Assembly: GCA_964650455.1 (NCBI GenBank)
Contig: CAZYTV010000003.1
Coordinates: forward strand, 1-51,461
Source: an uncultured Chitinophaga sp.
Lineage (GTDB): Bacteria; Bacteroidota; Bacteroidia; Chitinophagales; Chitinophagaceae
Length of the DNA stretch: 51,461 bases
Direction: 5' to 3'
A model generated the notes under the pieces. That model was not told the DNA's origin and searched no databases. It saw nothing but the letters and a program-made list of their open reading frames with translations. Positions 9,381 through 20,400 of the stretch are shown here, one piece after another; position 1 is the stretch's first letter, and each line of letters begins with the position of its first letter. Made by a program: the position numbers and the translations under genes.

Positions 9381-12377
9381 ATGTCTGCAAAAACTCTGCT
9401 TTCTGCTCTCCTTTGCCTAGTATTTGCGGTTTCTGTGCAGGTAGTATCTGCCCAGGACAGAACCGTAACAGGTAAAGTGACTGACTCAAAAGATGGTTCC
9501 CCCGTGTCGGGAGCTTCTGTTCAGCCCAAGGGCACCCGGACAGGAACTTCCACTCGTCCTGACGGAACCTTTTCCCTTTCCGTTGGATCAAATGTGAGTA
9601 CACTCGTGATTACTTCTGTGGGTTATGAATCCCAGGAGGTTTCCATTTCCGGAAAATCTTCTGTTGAAGTATCCTTTGTTGCTACGTTTGGTTCTAACCT
9701 GAATGAAGTGGTGGTAACCGGTTATGGGACTGCCAAGAAGAAAGACCTGACAGGTTCTGTAGGTTCTGTAAAGGAAAAAGACTTTAATAAAGGAGTCTTT
9801 ACTTCACCCGACCAGTTATTCCAGGGTAAAGTATCCGGTGTTCAGGTATTAAATAACAGTGGGCAGCCCGGTGGCGCTGCAACGATCAAAATCCGTGGTA
9901 ACTCTACGGTGACCGGTAGTGGTCAGCCGCTGTTTGTTGTAGATGGTGTTCCACTGGATGGCCGTTCTGCCCGTCCCGGTATCGGTGATATCGGCTTTGG
10001 TGGCGGTAACCCCGGCAGCAACCCCCTCAACTTTATAAACCCTTCGGATATCGTATCCATCGATATCTTAAAAGATGCTTCTGCCACAGCAATCTACGGA
10101 TCACGTGGTGCTTATGGGGTGGTACTGATCACCACCAAGCGTGGTAAATCAGGTGAACCGAAAGTTGATGTGAACATGTCTATCGGACAAGCTTCTATTA
10201 TGAATCGGATCGAAGTGTTAGATGCGGCACAGTTCCGCCAGGCACTGACCTATTACGGTGTCAGTGCTTCCAATGACAAAGGAGGTAATGTTAATGCGCT
10301 TGATGCCATTCTTCGTAATGCAGCTGTACAAAATTATAATGTTGCAATCAGTGGTGGTAACGAAAACGCTAAATACCGTTTATCCCTGGGTGCCCTTGAC
10401 CAGGAAGGTATTATCCGTAAATCAGGGATTAAAAAATATACTGCTAACCTGAACGCTAACTTTAAGTTCCTGGAAAGTAAAAAACTGGGTCTTGACATAA
10501 ACATCGTTCCCAGCCAGTATACGGAGCAGATTGCTCCTATTTCCAATGATGCCGGTGCTGGTAACAGCCTGATCGGTATGGCGCTCTCCTGGAACCCGAC
10601 CCAGCCGCTTAAAATTGGTGACTCTGTCGTGAACGTGGGTGGTAACTCCATCTTCAATCCCCTGGGTGTGTCCAACGCTATGAATGATAAATCAACAGTT
10701 ACAACTGTACTTGCAAGTATATCTCCTTACTACAAGTTTAACAGTTGGCTGGAGTACAAAATGATCTACAGTGTAAACTATGCCTCTGGTGTACGCAGAA
10801 CCAGCCGTGATCAGAATATCAACATGGCCGGTACAAGTACCTATACCGGTGTTGGTTTTGCCGGTATCGGGCAATCTGAATTAGTGACCAGGCAGATTAC
10901 ACATACCTTGTCATTAGACAGGAAGATCTCCAGTAACCTGAACCTGAACGCGGTGGTGGGTTATGAATACATGAAATTCAGCAACAAAGGATCGGGTATG
11001 AGTGCCAGCGGACCTACCGGCGGTTTCGGTCAGTTTGGTCTGGACTATACCAACTATATCCAGTATGGTGCTATCTCCACACGTAATGTTTTCTCTTATA
11101 TTGATCCAAGTTCAGAACTGCAATCTTATTTTGCAAGAACGGTGTTCAACTATAACGATAAATACCTGTTAACCGCCACTTTCCGTTCTGACGGTTCCAG
11201 CAAATTTGGTAAGAATAACCGCTACGGTTACTTCCCTTCTTTTGGTGCTGCCTGGAATATCAGCAAGGAAGATTTCTTCAAAGTGGATATTATCAACAAC
11301 ATGAAGATCCGTGCCGGCTGGGGTAAAACCGGTCAGCAGGAGTTTCCTGCTGGAGCTGCTGTTGAAAGGATTGCTTTTGGCAGCAATGGTAATAGTGCTG
11401 GCCGGATCAACTACGATAATGACGACTTGAAGTGGCAGTCTGACCGTCAGTACAATGTCGGTTTTGATATGACTGCTTTCAAAAACAAACTGACCCTGAC
11501 TGTTGACTATTTTAATAAGAAAACAACAGACTTGTTGTTTCCTGTAACTGCTGATCCTTATGGTCCAATTGCCACAGGTATCACATGGGATAATCTTGAT
11601 GGTTATGTAGAAAACAAAGGGCTTGAAATATCAGCAAATATTGCCGTAATAAATAAGAAAGACCTGGGATGGGATTTCGGAATAAACGCATCTTTTATTA
11701 AAAACATGGTAAAAGATATCCCGGCTCCGATTTATACAGGTACATTAAACGGCCAGGGTGTGTCTGGTACACTGGTACAGACTATTCAGAATGGTATGCC
11801 ACTGAATACGTTTTATACCCGTCGTTTTGAAGGGATGGACAAGGCAACCGGATTGGCCATTTATACCGATGAGGGTAACGTGTTCTATAATGTAGGGAAT
11901 CCCAACCCCAAAACGCTGTTGGGTATCTCAACCAGCCTTCGTTACAAAAAACTGAACCTGGCGGTTAACATGAACGGAGCCATGGGACAGGATATCTACA
12001 ACAACACGCTGAATAACGTAATCAACGTGGGTAGTATCAACGGCGGACGTAATATCGCGGTATCTGTATTCAAAGACCCGGTAAAAGAGTCCTTTGCTAA
12101 TCCTGTAACGGCTTCTTCAAGATTTATTGAAAACGGAAGTTACCTGAAGATGAGCAATGCCACCCTGAGCTATGCGTTGGGTAATGTAGGTAAGGCCTTT
12201 AAAAACGCAAATGTGTTTGTTACCGGTCAAAACCTGTTTGTGATCACTAAGTTCACTGGTTTCGATCCGGAGGTGAACGTGGATAAGAATGCCAACTTCG
12301 CTCCTTCTGTTGGTTTTGAATATCAGCCTTATCCCTCCGCCCGGACATTTACTTTAGGTGTAAACTTTTCATTATAA
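9381..12377 (+). CDS. susC: SusC/RagA-family TonB-dependent transporter (SusC1)
   Basis: Signal peptide, N-terminal extension, LNEVVVTGYG, INPSDIVSIDILKDASATAIYGSRGAYGVVLITTKRG plug signature, C-terminal YPSARTFTLGVNFSL. Start placed at ATG 9381. Confidence 0.96.
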   Translation: MSAKTLLSALLCLVFAVSVQVVSAQDRTVTGKVTDSKDGSPVSGASVQPKGTRTGTSTRPDGTFSLSVGSNVSTLVITSVGYESQEVSISGKSSVEVSFVATFGSNLNEVVVTGYGTAKKKDLTGSVGSVKEKDFNKGVFTSPDQLFQGKVSGVQVLNNSGQPGGAATIKIRGNSTVTGSGQPLFVVDGVPLDGRSARPGIGDIGFGGGNPGSNPLNFINPSDIVSIDILKDASATAIYGSRGAYGVVLITTKRGKSGEPKVDVNMSIGQASIMNRIEVLDAAQFRQALTYYGVSASNDKGGNVNALDAILRNAAVQNYNVAISGGNENAKYRLSLGALDQEGIIRKSGIKKYTANLNANFKFLESKKLGLDINIVPSQYTEQIAPISNDAGAGNSLIGMALSWNPTQPLKIGDSVVNVGGNSIFNPLGVSNAMNDKSTVTTVLASISPYYKFNSWLEYKMIYSVNYASGVRRTSRDQNINMAGTSTYTGVGFAGIGQSELVTRQITHTLSLDRKISSNLNLNAVVGYEYMKFSNKGSGMSASGPTGGFGQFGLDYTNYIQYGAISTRNVFSYIDPSSELQSYFARTVFNYNDKYLLTATFRSDGSSKFGKNNRYGYFPSFGAAWNISKEDFFKVDIINNMKIRAGWGKTGQQEFPAGAAVERIAFGSNGNSAGRINYDNDDLKWQSDRQYNVGFDMTAFKNKLTLTVDYFNKKTTDLLFPVTADPYGPIATGITWDNLDGYVENKGLEISANIAVINKKDLGWDFGINASFIKNMVKDIPAPIYTGTLNGQGVSGTLVQTIQNGMPLNTFYTRRFEGMDKATGLAIYTDEGNVFYNVGNPNPKTLLGISTSLRYKKLNLAVNMNGAMGQDIYNNTLNNVINVGSINGGRNIAVSVFKDPVKESFANPVTASSRFIENGSYLKMSNATLSYALGNVGKAFKNANVFVTGQNLFVITKFTGFDPEVNVDKNANFAPSVGFEYQPYPSARTFTLGVNFSL

Positions 12378-12398
12378 GAAATAACAAAAATTTTCCTT

Positions 12399-13973
12399 AT
12401 GATACGTAAACTCTTTTTCTTACTTGTTTTTTCCTCCGTGGTACTGCTTGGCTGTACCAAACTGGAGCAAAAATTTGAAGGCGAACTTACTTCCGGCCAG
12501 GTAAGTTCAGGTGGCAACACCAATACAGCCGCCCTGCTTTCTGGTTTGTATAATTCCATGCAAGGCCTCTTCCAGGACCAGGCGGGTATCTATGCCCTCT
12601 GGGAAATGACCACCGATGAACTGATCGGACCCACCCGCGGACCAGACTGGGATGATAATGGTGTTTGGCGCGTACTGCATGCCCAGAAATATGATGGCGA
12701 AAACCAACGTATTGTGGATGCCTTCAAAAACCTGAATGGTATTGCTTTTGGTGCAACAGATATGCTACGTTATAGTCCATCTGCTCAGCAAAAGGCTGAA
12801 GCGCGTATGCTGAGGTCCCTCGCAGAGTTTATGCTGCTGGACGGCTGGGGGCAGGTCAACTATCGTGAGCCCGGTGAAAGTGTACTGACACCTTCTAATG
12901 TACGTGTTGGTTCAGTAGCACTTGATTATATTATCGCTGAGTTGCAGGCTGTGATTCCTGACCTTCCCAATGGTCCTGCATTTACCGCCAATAAAAACGC
13001 GGCCCGTGTGCTGCTGATGAAGTGTTTCCTGAACAAAGGCGTATGGGCGACCAACGCTTCCCGTCTGAACCCCACTTTTGCTCCGGCGGATATGAACCAG
13101 GTGATCAGCCTGGCTGACCAGATCATTAACTCAGGTCTGTATAGTATCCCGGCTAGCTACTTTGACAACTTTGCACCAACCAACGGATCTATCGGAAGTG
13201 AAAACATCTTCACCCAGGAAAACAAGGGTGGTGTACAGGCCGGTAACCTCCAGTCACGCTGGCGCTCTACCATGCACTACAACCAGAACCCCGGCGGATG
13301 GAATGGTTTCACTACTTTATCTGATTTCTATGGCAAGTTCGAAGCTGCTGATAAAAGAAGAGGTGTGAATTACCCGACCGCAGGTGGTCCGCCCAACCCC
13401 GGAAACCGCCAGACCGTTGGTCTGTTCCTGGGTCAGCAATATGACCTCACAACCAACGCAGCCCTGCAGGACAGAACCGGTGCTCCGCTTGCTTTCACCG
13501 CTACAGTGAAAAGTGTGGAGACAGGTACTAACCTCGAAGTAACAGGTATCCGTGCGTTCAAATACCCTATCGATTATGTAAATACCGGTGCAGGGTCCAT
13601 TGATAACGACTACGTTTACTTCCGTCTCGCTGATGTACTCCTGATGAAAGCAGAAGCCATCCTGAGAGGGGGTACTGGTACGGCAGCCGGATCTTACGGC
13701 AGCACAGCGGTAGCCCTCGTGAACTCCGTACGTACCCATGCTTCCCGTGGTGCCAGCACCCTGGCTTCTGTTACACTGGATCAGTTGCTGGACGAAAGAG
13801 GACGTGAACTGTACCTGGAAAGCTGGAGAAGACAGGATATGATCCGCTTCGGCAAATTCCTCGCTCCATTCCAGGAAAAAAATTATACCAGCGACGACAA
13901 ATATATTCTGTTCCCCGTGCCTAACAGGTTCCTGGCAGTGAACCCGAACCTGACCCAGAACCCGGGGTACTAA
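12399..13973 (+). CDS. susD: SusD/RagB-family lipoprotein (SusD1)
   Basis: Lipobox LLGC; TTDE..PTRGPDWDD.G.W; FRLADVLLMKAEA; ERGRELYLE..RRQD.IRFG; NPNLTQNPGY. Confidence 0.95.
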   Translation: MIRKLFFLLVFSSVVLLGCTKLEQKFEGELTSGQVSSGGNTNTAALLSGLYNSMQGLFQDQAGIYALWEMTTDELIGPTRGPDWDDNGVWRVLHAQKYDGENQRIVDAFKNLNGIAFGATDMLRYSPSAQQKAEARMLRSLAEFMLLDGWGQVNYREPGESVLTPSNVRVGSVALDYIIAELQAVIPDLPNGPAFTANKNAARVLLMKCFLNKGVWATNASRLNPTFAPADMNQVISLADQIINSGLYSIPASYFDNFAPTNGSIGSENIFTQENKGGVQAGNLQSRWRSTMHYNQNPGGWNGFTTLSDFYGKFEAADKRRGVNYPTAGGPPNPGNRQTVGLFLGQQYDLTTNAALQDRTGAPLAFTATVKSVETGTNLEVTGIRAFKYPIDYVNTGAGSIDNDYVYFRLADVLLMKAEAILRGGTGTAAGSYGSTAVALVNSVRTHASRGASTLASVTLDQLLDERGRELYLESWRRQDMIRFGKFLAPFQEKNYTSDDKYILFPVPNRFLAVNPNLTQNPGY

Positions 13974-14012
13974 AATTTTTCAGAGCTAAGCAGTTAGCAA
14001 TTTTAGCAATTC

Positions 14013-14042
14013 AAAAAAGCCATTTTCTAATGGCTTTTTTTT
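14013..14042 (+). terminator. Intrinsic terminator after susD1
   Basis: AAAAAAGCCATT-ttct-AATGGCTTTTTT followed by further T residues. Confidence 0.85.
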
Positions 14043-14123
14043 ATTTTATTACCTGGCTGGCACTCAACTAATGCTGTCTTCAGCGGTTAAAATATGGTAC
14101 ATTTGATATTCACTTTTTCACCA

Positions 14124-17100
14124 ATGATTTTTCGCCTGCTTCGCCATACCTGCTTTATTTACGGCCTGTCCCTGGTCCTGCTAGCCTGCGGGAAAAAGCA
14201 ACAAAAAGAAACCCTGTTTACCAAACTGGAGGATACCGGGATCCGGTTTAATAATATGGTGATTGACGATTCGCTGGAGAACAGTTTTTATTACCGCAAT
14301 TATTACAATGGCGGTGGTGCCGGTATCGGGGATATCAACAATGACGGACTGGCTGATGTACTGCTTACCAGTAATATGGGAGAGAATAAACTCTACCTGA
14401 ATAAAGGCGGGATGAAGTTTGAGGATATTACATCCAGAAGCGGTATGAAACAAGACAGCATGTGGAGTACCGGGGTGCTGTTTGTCGATATCAATAATGA
14501 CCACTGGCTGGATATCTATATCAGCAACGCCGGTCACATGGAGAATGGAAACAGGCGGAATAAACTTTATATCAATAACCACAACCTGACCTTCACCGAA
14601 GAGGCCGCTAAATACGGGCTGGATATAAAAGCGTATACCACCCAGGTTTCTTTCTTTGATTATGATCTCGATGGCGACCTGGATTGTTTTATGATCAACA
14701 ACAGCCCGATGCCGATCAATAACCTGGGCTATGAAAACAAACGGGACCTGCCCGACAGCCTTTGGCCGGTAGCTGAATTCTTCAAAGGCGGTGGGGATCA
14801 CTTATACCGGAATGACAATAATCAGTTTACAGAAGTAACACAACAAGCCGGTATTCATGGCACCCTCGTCAGTTTCGGACTGGGTGTGGCTGTAAGTGAT
14901 GTCAACAACGACGGATACCCGGATGTGTTTGTAGCCAATGATTCATACGAACGGGATTACCTGTATATGAATCAGGGCAATGGCACGTTCAAAGATGAAA
15001 TGGAAAACTGTATTGAACAGAACAGTTTCTCTTCCATGGGTGTGGATGTAGCTGATGTAAACAATGATGGCTACCCGGACCTCTTTACCACTGATATGCT
15101 GCCCGGTGATGACTTTCGCTTAAAAACACTCGGCGCTTTTGATAACATCGATCTCTACAATACCCGGATCCGGAATGGCCTTTACCGCCAGTTTATGAAA
15201 AACTGCCTGATGGTGAATAACCGGAATGGTGAGTTTATCGAAGCCGCTAACTTTAGCGGTGTACAGGCTACCGACTGGAGCTGGGGTGCCCTCTTCTTTG
15301 ACGCGGATAATGATGGCCTGAATGATATTTATGTCTGCAATGGTATTAATCATGATGTGACCAACCTGGACTTTATGGAGTTTTTCGCCAATGATATCAT
15401 TAAAAAAATGGTGATCTCCGGGCAGAAACAAAGTATTGATTCTGTACTGAAGCATATTCCCATATTCCCGATGCCCAATAAGGCATTTAAAAATAATGGC
15501 GATCTCCGTTTCTCCGATGCGGGGGAAGACTGGGGCTTTATGGAACCCAGCTTCTCTAATGGAGCGGCTTACGGCGACCTGGACAATGATGGTGATCTGG
15601 ATATCGTGATCAATAACCAGAACCAGCTAAGCTTTGTCTACCGCAATAACAGCCGGGAGCAAACCCGGAATAATTATGTAGCCCTGAATTTAAAAGGACG
15701 CAAGGGCAATGAGTTTGCCATCGGTACCAAGATCAGAATCTTTGCCGGTGGACAGGTCTTCTTCCGCGAACAGGTGCCCAGCCGCGGTTTCCAGTCAAGT
15801 GTGGATTATAAACAGGTGATTGGTGTGGGGAAGATCAGTAAAGTGGATTCCCTGGAACTGATCTGGCCTGACCGGACCTATACCCGGTATTATGATATTA
15901 AACTGAACAATATAACAGAACTCCGGCAGCCGGAACAGCCCGGTCCCCTGGCCTATGGTAAGGAATTGCTTCTGCCGTTGATGACTGCTGATTCCACCGG
16001 GATGGACAAGCATACGGAAGATGACTATATCGATTTTTATTTTGAACGGAACCTGCCTGAACAATTGTCCAAAGAAGGGCCGGCCATGTCGGTGGGTGAT
16101 GTAAACGGCGATGGACTGGAAGATGTATTCATGGGCGGCGGGAAAGGACAGGCTGCACAACTTTACGAGCAGACCCGGGAGGGCCGGTTCAGGAAAAAAG
16201 AACAACCGGAGTTTAAACTCTATGCGGATTTTGAAGATGTGGCTTCATGTTTCTTCGACGCAGATAATGATGGTGACCTGGATTTGTTTATTGGTGCCGG
16301 TGGAAATAATATGGAGAAGGGAAGCCGGGAAGCACAGCACCGCCTCTTTAAAAATGATGGCAAGGGTAATTTTAAAATTGATGTCAGCGCCTTTCCAAAT
16401 AATGACATGAATATTGCGGTGGCGGTAACTAACGATTATGATGCTGATGGAGACGAGGACCTATTTGTAGGGAGCCGCAGTGAACCTTTTCAGTATGGAA
16501 CCAATCCGCAGAGCTATCTGTATAATAATGACGGGCAAGGGCATTTTACCGATGTTACTGAACTACTGAACAAGGCTCTTGCTGCAAAAGGAATGATCAC
16601 CGGGGCGGAATGGGCAGATATGACTGGTGATGGAAAAAAGGAACTGGTGATTGCCGGCGAATGGATGGCACCGGTTATTTATCAATACAATAAAGTGACA
16701 AATAAGCTGGAAGAACTGAAGCAAACAGGACTTGAAGAGATGTATGGCTGGTGGCAGACACTGAAAACCGGTGACCTGAACGGTGATGGGAAAACAGATC
16801 TCGTGCTGGGTAATATCGGGGAGAACTTTTACCTGCGTCCGGATAAGGAACACCCGGTGAAGTTGTGGTTGAATGATTTTGACAAGACAGGCACCATGGA
16901 TAATTTCCTGACCCGGCATGTGGACGGCCGGGATGTTCCGGTATTTTTAAAGCGGGAGATCACCGATCAGTTCCCGGCATTGAAAAAAGAGAACCTGTTG
17001 CATGGAGAATATGCAAAAAAGGATATTAATGGGTTGTTTGGAAAGGAACTATTAAAAACAGCCACGCAGAAGAAATTCAATGATTGCCGGTCCGTCATCG

Positions 17101-17453
17101 CATGGAATGAAGGGAATGGAAAATTCAGGATCGAAGTATTGCCTTTATGGGTACAGTTGTCCAGCGTGAATGCGATTGAACTCGCAGATATTAATAACGA
17201 CCAACTACCAGACATTCTGCTTGGGGGTAACAGTTTTACCTTCCCGCCGCAATTTGGCCGGCTGGATGGAAGTGATGGACAGGTATTACTGAATGAAGGG
17301 AAAGGAAAACTGAAATATTCCGGCAACAAAGAAACAGGGCTTCGTATAAAGGGGGAAGTGAAAAACATCCGGGCCATCCGGCTGAATGGCCGTATAAGCC
17401 TGATCTTTGCTGTCAATAGTGAAAAACCCGTGCTGTATCGTCCTTTAAAATAA
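14124..17453 (+). CDS. FG-GAP/VCBS repeat lipoprotein with central ASPIC/UnbV domain (CRTAC1-like), copy 1
   Basis: Lipobox LLAC; many D[IVL]NNDG.[PL]D Ca-binding repeats; ASPIC/UnbV motif N.FAIGTKI...RGFQSS...GVG...LIWP. Alternative start 14094. Confidence 0.9.
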   Translation: MIFRLLRHTCFIYGLSLVLLACGKKQQKETLFTKLEDTGIRFNNMVIDDSLENSFYYRNYYNGGGAGIGDINNDGLADVLLTSNMGENKLYLNKGGMKFEDITSRSGMKQDSMWSTGVLFVDINNDHWLDIYISNAGHMENGNRRNKLYINNHNLTFTEEAAKYGLDIKAYTTQVSFFDYDLDGDLDCFMINNSPMPINNLGYENKRDLPDSLWPVAEFFKGGGDHLYRNDNNQFTEVTQQAGIHGTLVSFGLGVAVSDVNNDGYPDVFVANDSYERDYLYMNQGNGTFKDEMENCIEQNSFSSMGVDVADVNNDGYPDLFTTDMLPGDDFRLKTLGAFDNIDLYNTRIRNGLYRQFMKNCLMVNNRNGEFIEAANFSGVQATDWSWGALFFDADNDGLNDIYVCNGINHDVTNLDFMEFFANDIIKKMVISGQKQSIDSVLKHIPIFPMPNKAFKNNGDLRFSDAGEDWGFMEPSFSNGAAYGDLDNDGDLDIVINNQNQLSFVYRNNSREQTRNNYVALNLKGRKGNEFAIGTKIRIFAGGQVFFREQVPSRGFQSSVDYKQVIGVGKISKVDSLELIWPDRTYTRYYDIKLNNITELRQPEQPGPLAYGKELLLPLMTADSTGMDKHTEDDYIDFYFERNLPEQLSKEGPAMSVGDVNGDGLEDVFMGGGKGQAAQLYEQTREGRFRKKEQPEFKLYADFEDVASCFFDADNDGDLDLFIGAGGNNMEKGSREAQHRLFKNDGKGNFKIDVSAFPNNDMNIAVAVTNDYDADGDEDLFVGSRSEPFQYGTNPQSYLYNNDGQGHFTDVTELLNKALAAKGMITGAEWADMTGDGKKELVIAGEWMAPVIYQYNKVTNKLEELKQTGLEEMYGWWQTLKTGDLNGDGKTDLVLGNIGENFYLRPDKEHPVKLWLNDFDKTGTMDNFLTRHVDGRDVPVFLKREITDQFPALKKENLLHGEYAKKDINGLFGKELLKTATQKKFNDCRSVIAWNEGNGKFRIEVLPLWVQLSSVNAIELADINNDQLPDILLGGNSFTFPPQFGRLDGSDGQVLLNEGKGKLKYSGNKETGLRIKGEVKNIRAIRLNGRISLIFAVNSEKPVLYRPLK

Positions 17454-17472
17454 CCGGATTGTTTAGCGAATC

Positions 17473-20400
17473 ATGAGGAGAAATCGTTTTTTAATTATTT
17501 GGCTACCGGGGCTGCTGCTTTTATTTTTTTCCTGCGGAAAGAATAAAAAGGCCGGCAATACCTTGTTTACCCTGCTTGATAGTACGGTCACCGGAATCAG
17601 TTTTACAAATACGGTAATCGATAATGAAGCTGATAACAGTTTCCGCTTCCGCAATTTCTACAATGGAGGAGGAGTGGGGTTAGGTGATATCAATAATGAT
17701 GGCCAGGCCGATGTGATCCTCACCAGCAATATGGGCGAGAATAAAGTCTACCTGAATAAGGGAGGGATGAAATTTGAAGATATTACCAGTAAAACCGGTT
17801 TCCGGCAGGATAGTATGTGGAGCACCGGGGTGGTACTCGTGGATATCAATCATGATGGCTGGTTGGATATCTATATCTGTAACTCGGGAAGGATCAATGA
17901 CGGTCACCGGTTAAATCAACTCTATATCAATAACCAGGATCTCAGTTTTACGGAAACTGCCAAAGCATACGGGCTGGATCATGCCGGTTTCTGTACACAA
18001 GCCAGCTTCTTTGATTATGACCTGGACGGCGATCTTGATTGCCTGCTGATCAATAACAGCCCGCTGCCTTTCAGTTCCCTCAATTATGGCAACATGCGGG
18101 ATGCTTCCCTGGATCAATGGCAGGTGAACAAGGAGTTGAAGGGTGGAGGTAATCATCTTTACCGGAATGAAAATAATTATTTTACCGAAGTAACCAAAGA
18201 AGCGGGACTGCATACCGGGCTTATCAGTTTTGGGCTGGGCGTATCCGTGGGTGATATCAATAACGACGGTTACCCGGATATTTACGTGGGCAACGATTTT
18301 ATTGAAAAAGATTATCTCTATATCAACCAGCAGGACGGATCATTCCGGGATGAAGGGGAAGACCGGTTGCAGCATATGAGTATGTCCTCTATGAGCACCG
18401 ACCTGGCGGATATCAATAACGATGGTCATCTTGATATTTTCACCACAGACATGATTCCGGATGATGATTACCGGCTCAAGACCACGGGTACCTTTGATAA
18501 TATTGATTTATACAACAGTAAACTGAAGGCAGGGCTCTATCACCAGTATGTGCGTAATGCCCTGCAGGTAAATGATGGTACCGGGCATTTTACCGAAATC
18601 GCCAATTATGCAAATGTATTTGGCACCGACTGGAGCTGGGGCGCCATCTTCCTTGATGCGGATAATGATGGCCTCAATGATATCTATGTCTGTAACGGAA
18701 TCAACCGCGACCTGACCGACCTGGATTTTCTTGATTTTTTCTCCAATGATATTTACCGGCAGTCGCAGCAGACCAGTGGCGCCGCTTCAATCAGTGATAT
18801 GCTGAAACGCATCCCGGTTACGCCATTGCCCAACCGGGTTTTTCAGAACAAAGGTGATTTTGTATTTGAGGATGCAGGAAATAAATGGGGATTTGAAACG
18901 CCTTCCTTCTCCAATAGTGTGGCTTATGCGGATCTCGATAATGACGGGGATCTTGACCTGGTGGTGAACAATGAGAACCAACTGAGTTTTATTTACCGTA
19001 ATAACAGCCGCGAACAAACCGGGAATAACTATGTGGCCCTCAAACTGAAGGGAAGAAAAGGCAATGAATTTGCAATGGGCACGAAGATCAAAGTTTATAG
19101 CGGCGATCAGCTTTTCTACCGCGAGCAAGCGCCCAGCCGTGGCTTCCAGTCCTGCGTGGATTACCAACAGGTGATCGGCCTGGGAAAGATTTCAAAAATT
19201 GACTCTATCGAACTGATCTGGCCTGATCGTTCTTATAATCGTTACTATGATGTAAGGCTGAATACACTCCGTGAATTTGTACAACCGGATTTACCCGGTC
19301 CGCTGGCTTATGGAAAGATGCAAACACAACCTGTTTTACTGATCGCGGATAGTTCAGGTATGGAAGCGCATACGGAAGATGAATATATTGACTTTTATTA
19401 TGAACGCAACCTGCCTGCATCACTCTCCAAAGAAGGGCCGGCTATGTCGGTGGGAGATGTTAACGGAGATGGACTGGAAGATGTGTTCATGGGTGGCGGC
19501 AAGGGACAATCTGCCCAACTATATGAACAGACTGCCAAAGGTACATTCAGGAAAAAGGAACAACCGGAGTTTAAATTATATGCGGACTTTGAAGATGTGG
19601 CATCGCTTTTCTTTGATGCGGACAAGGATGGAGACCTGGATTTATTTATTGGCGCCGGGGGCAATAATATGGAGAACGGTAGCCGTGAAGCACAGCACCG
19701 GCTGTTTAAGAATGACGGGCAGGGAAACTTTAAAATTGATGTAAGGGCTTTCCCGGATAATGATATGAATATCGCAGTTGCAGTAAACAATGATTATGAT
19801 GGAGACGGGGATGAGGATCTTTTTGTGGGCAGCCGAAGTGTACCTTTTCAGTATGGGGCTAATCCGAAAAGTTATGTATACAACAATGACGGGCAGGGAC
19901 ATTTTACAGATATAACCAGGCAACTGAATAATGAACTGTCCCAAAGGGGAATGATCACCGGGGCGGCATGGACTGATATAACAGGGGATGGGAAAAAAGA
20001 ACTGATCATCGTGGGCGAATGGATGACGCCAGTGATTTATGAATACCACAGGAAAAAGAACAAACTTCTGGAATTAAAACAAACCGGACTCGAAGAACTG
20101 TATGGCTGGTGGCAGACAATGAAGTCCTGTGACCTTAACGGGGATGGGTTGACTGACCTGGTGCTTGGTAATATTGGTGAAAATTTTTACCTGCGACCGG
20201 ATAAAGAACACCCGGTAAAATTGTGGTTGAATGATTTTGACAAAACGGGCAGCAGGGATCATTTTTTAACAAGGAATATGGCAGGCAGGGACCTGCCGGT
20301 ATTTTTGAAACGCGAGATCACCGATCAGTTTCCGGCCCTGAAGAAGGAAAACCTGCTGCACAGTGACTATGCGAAGAAAGATATGAAGGGTCTGTTTGGG

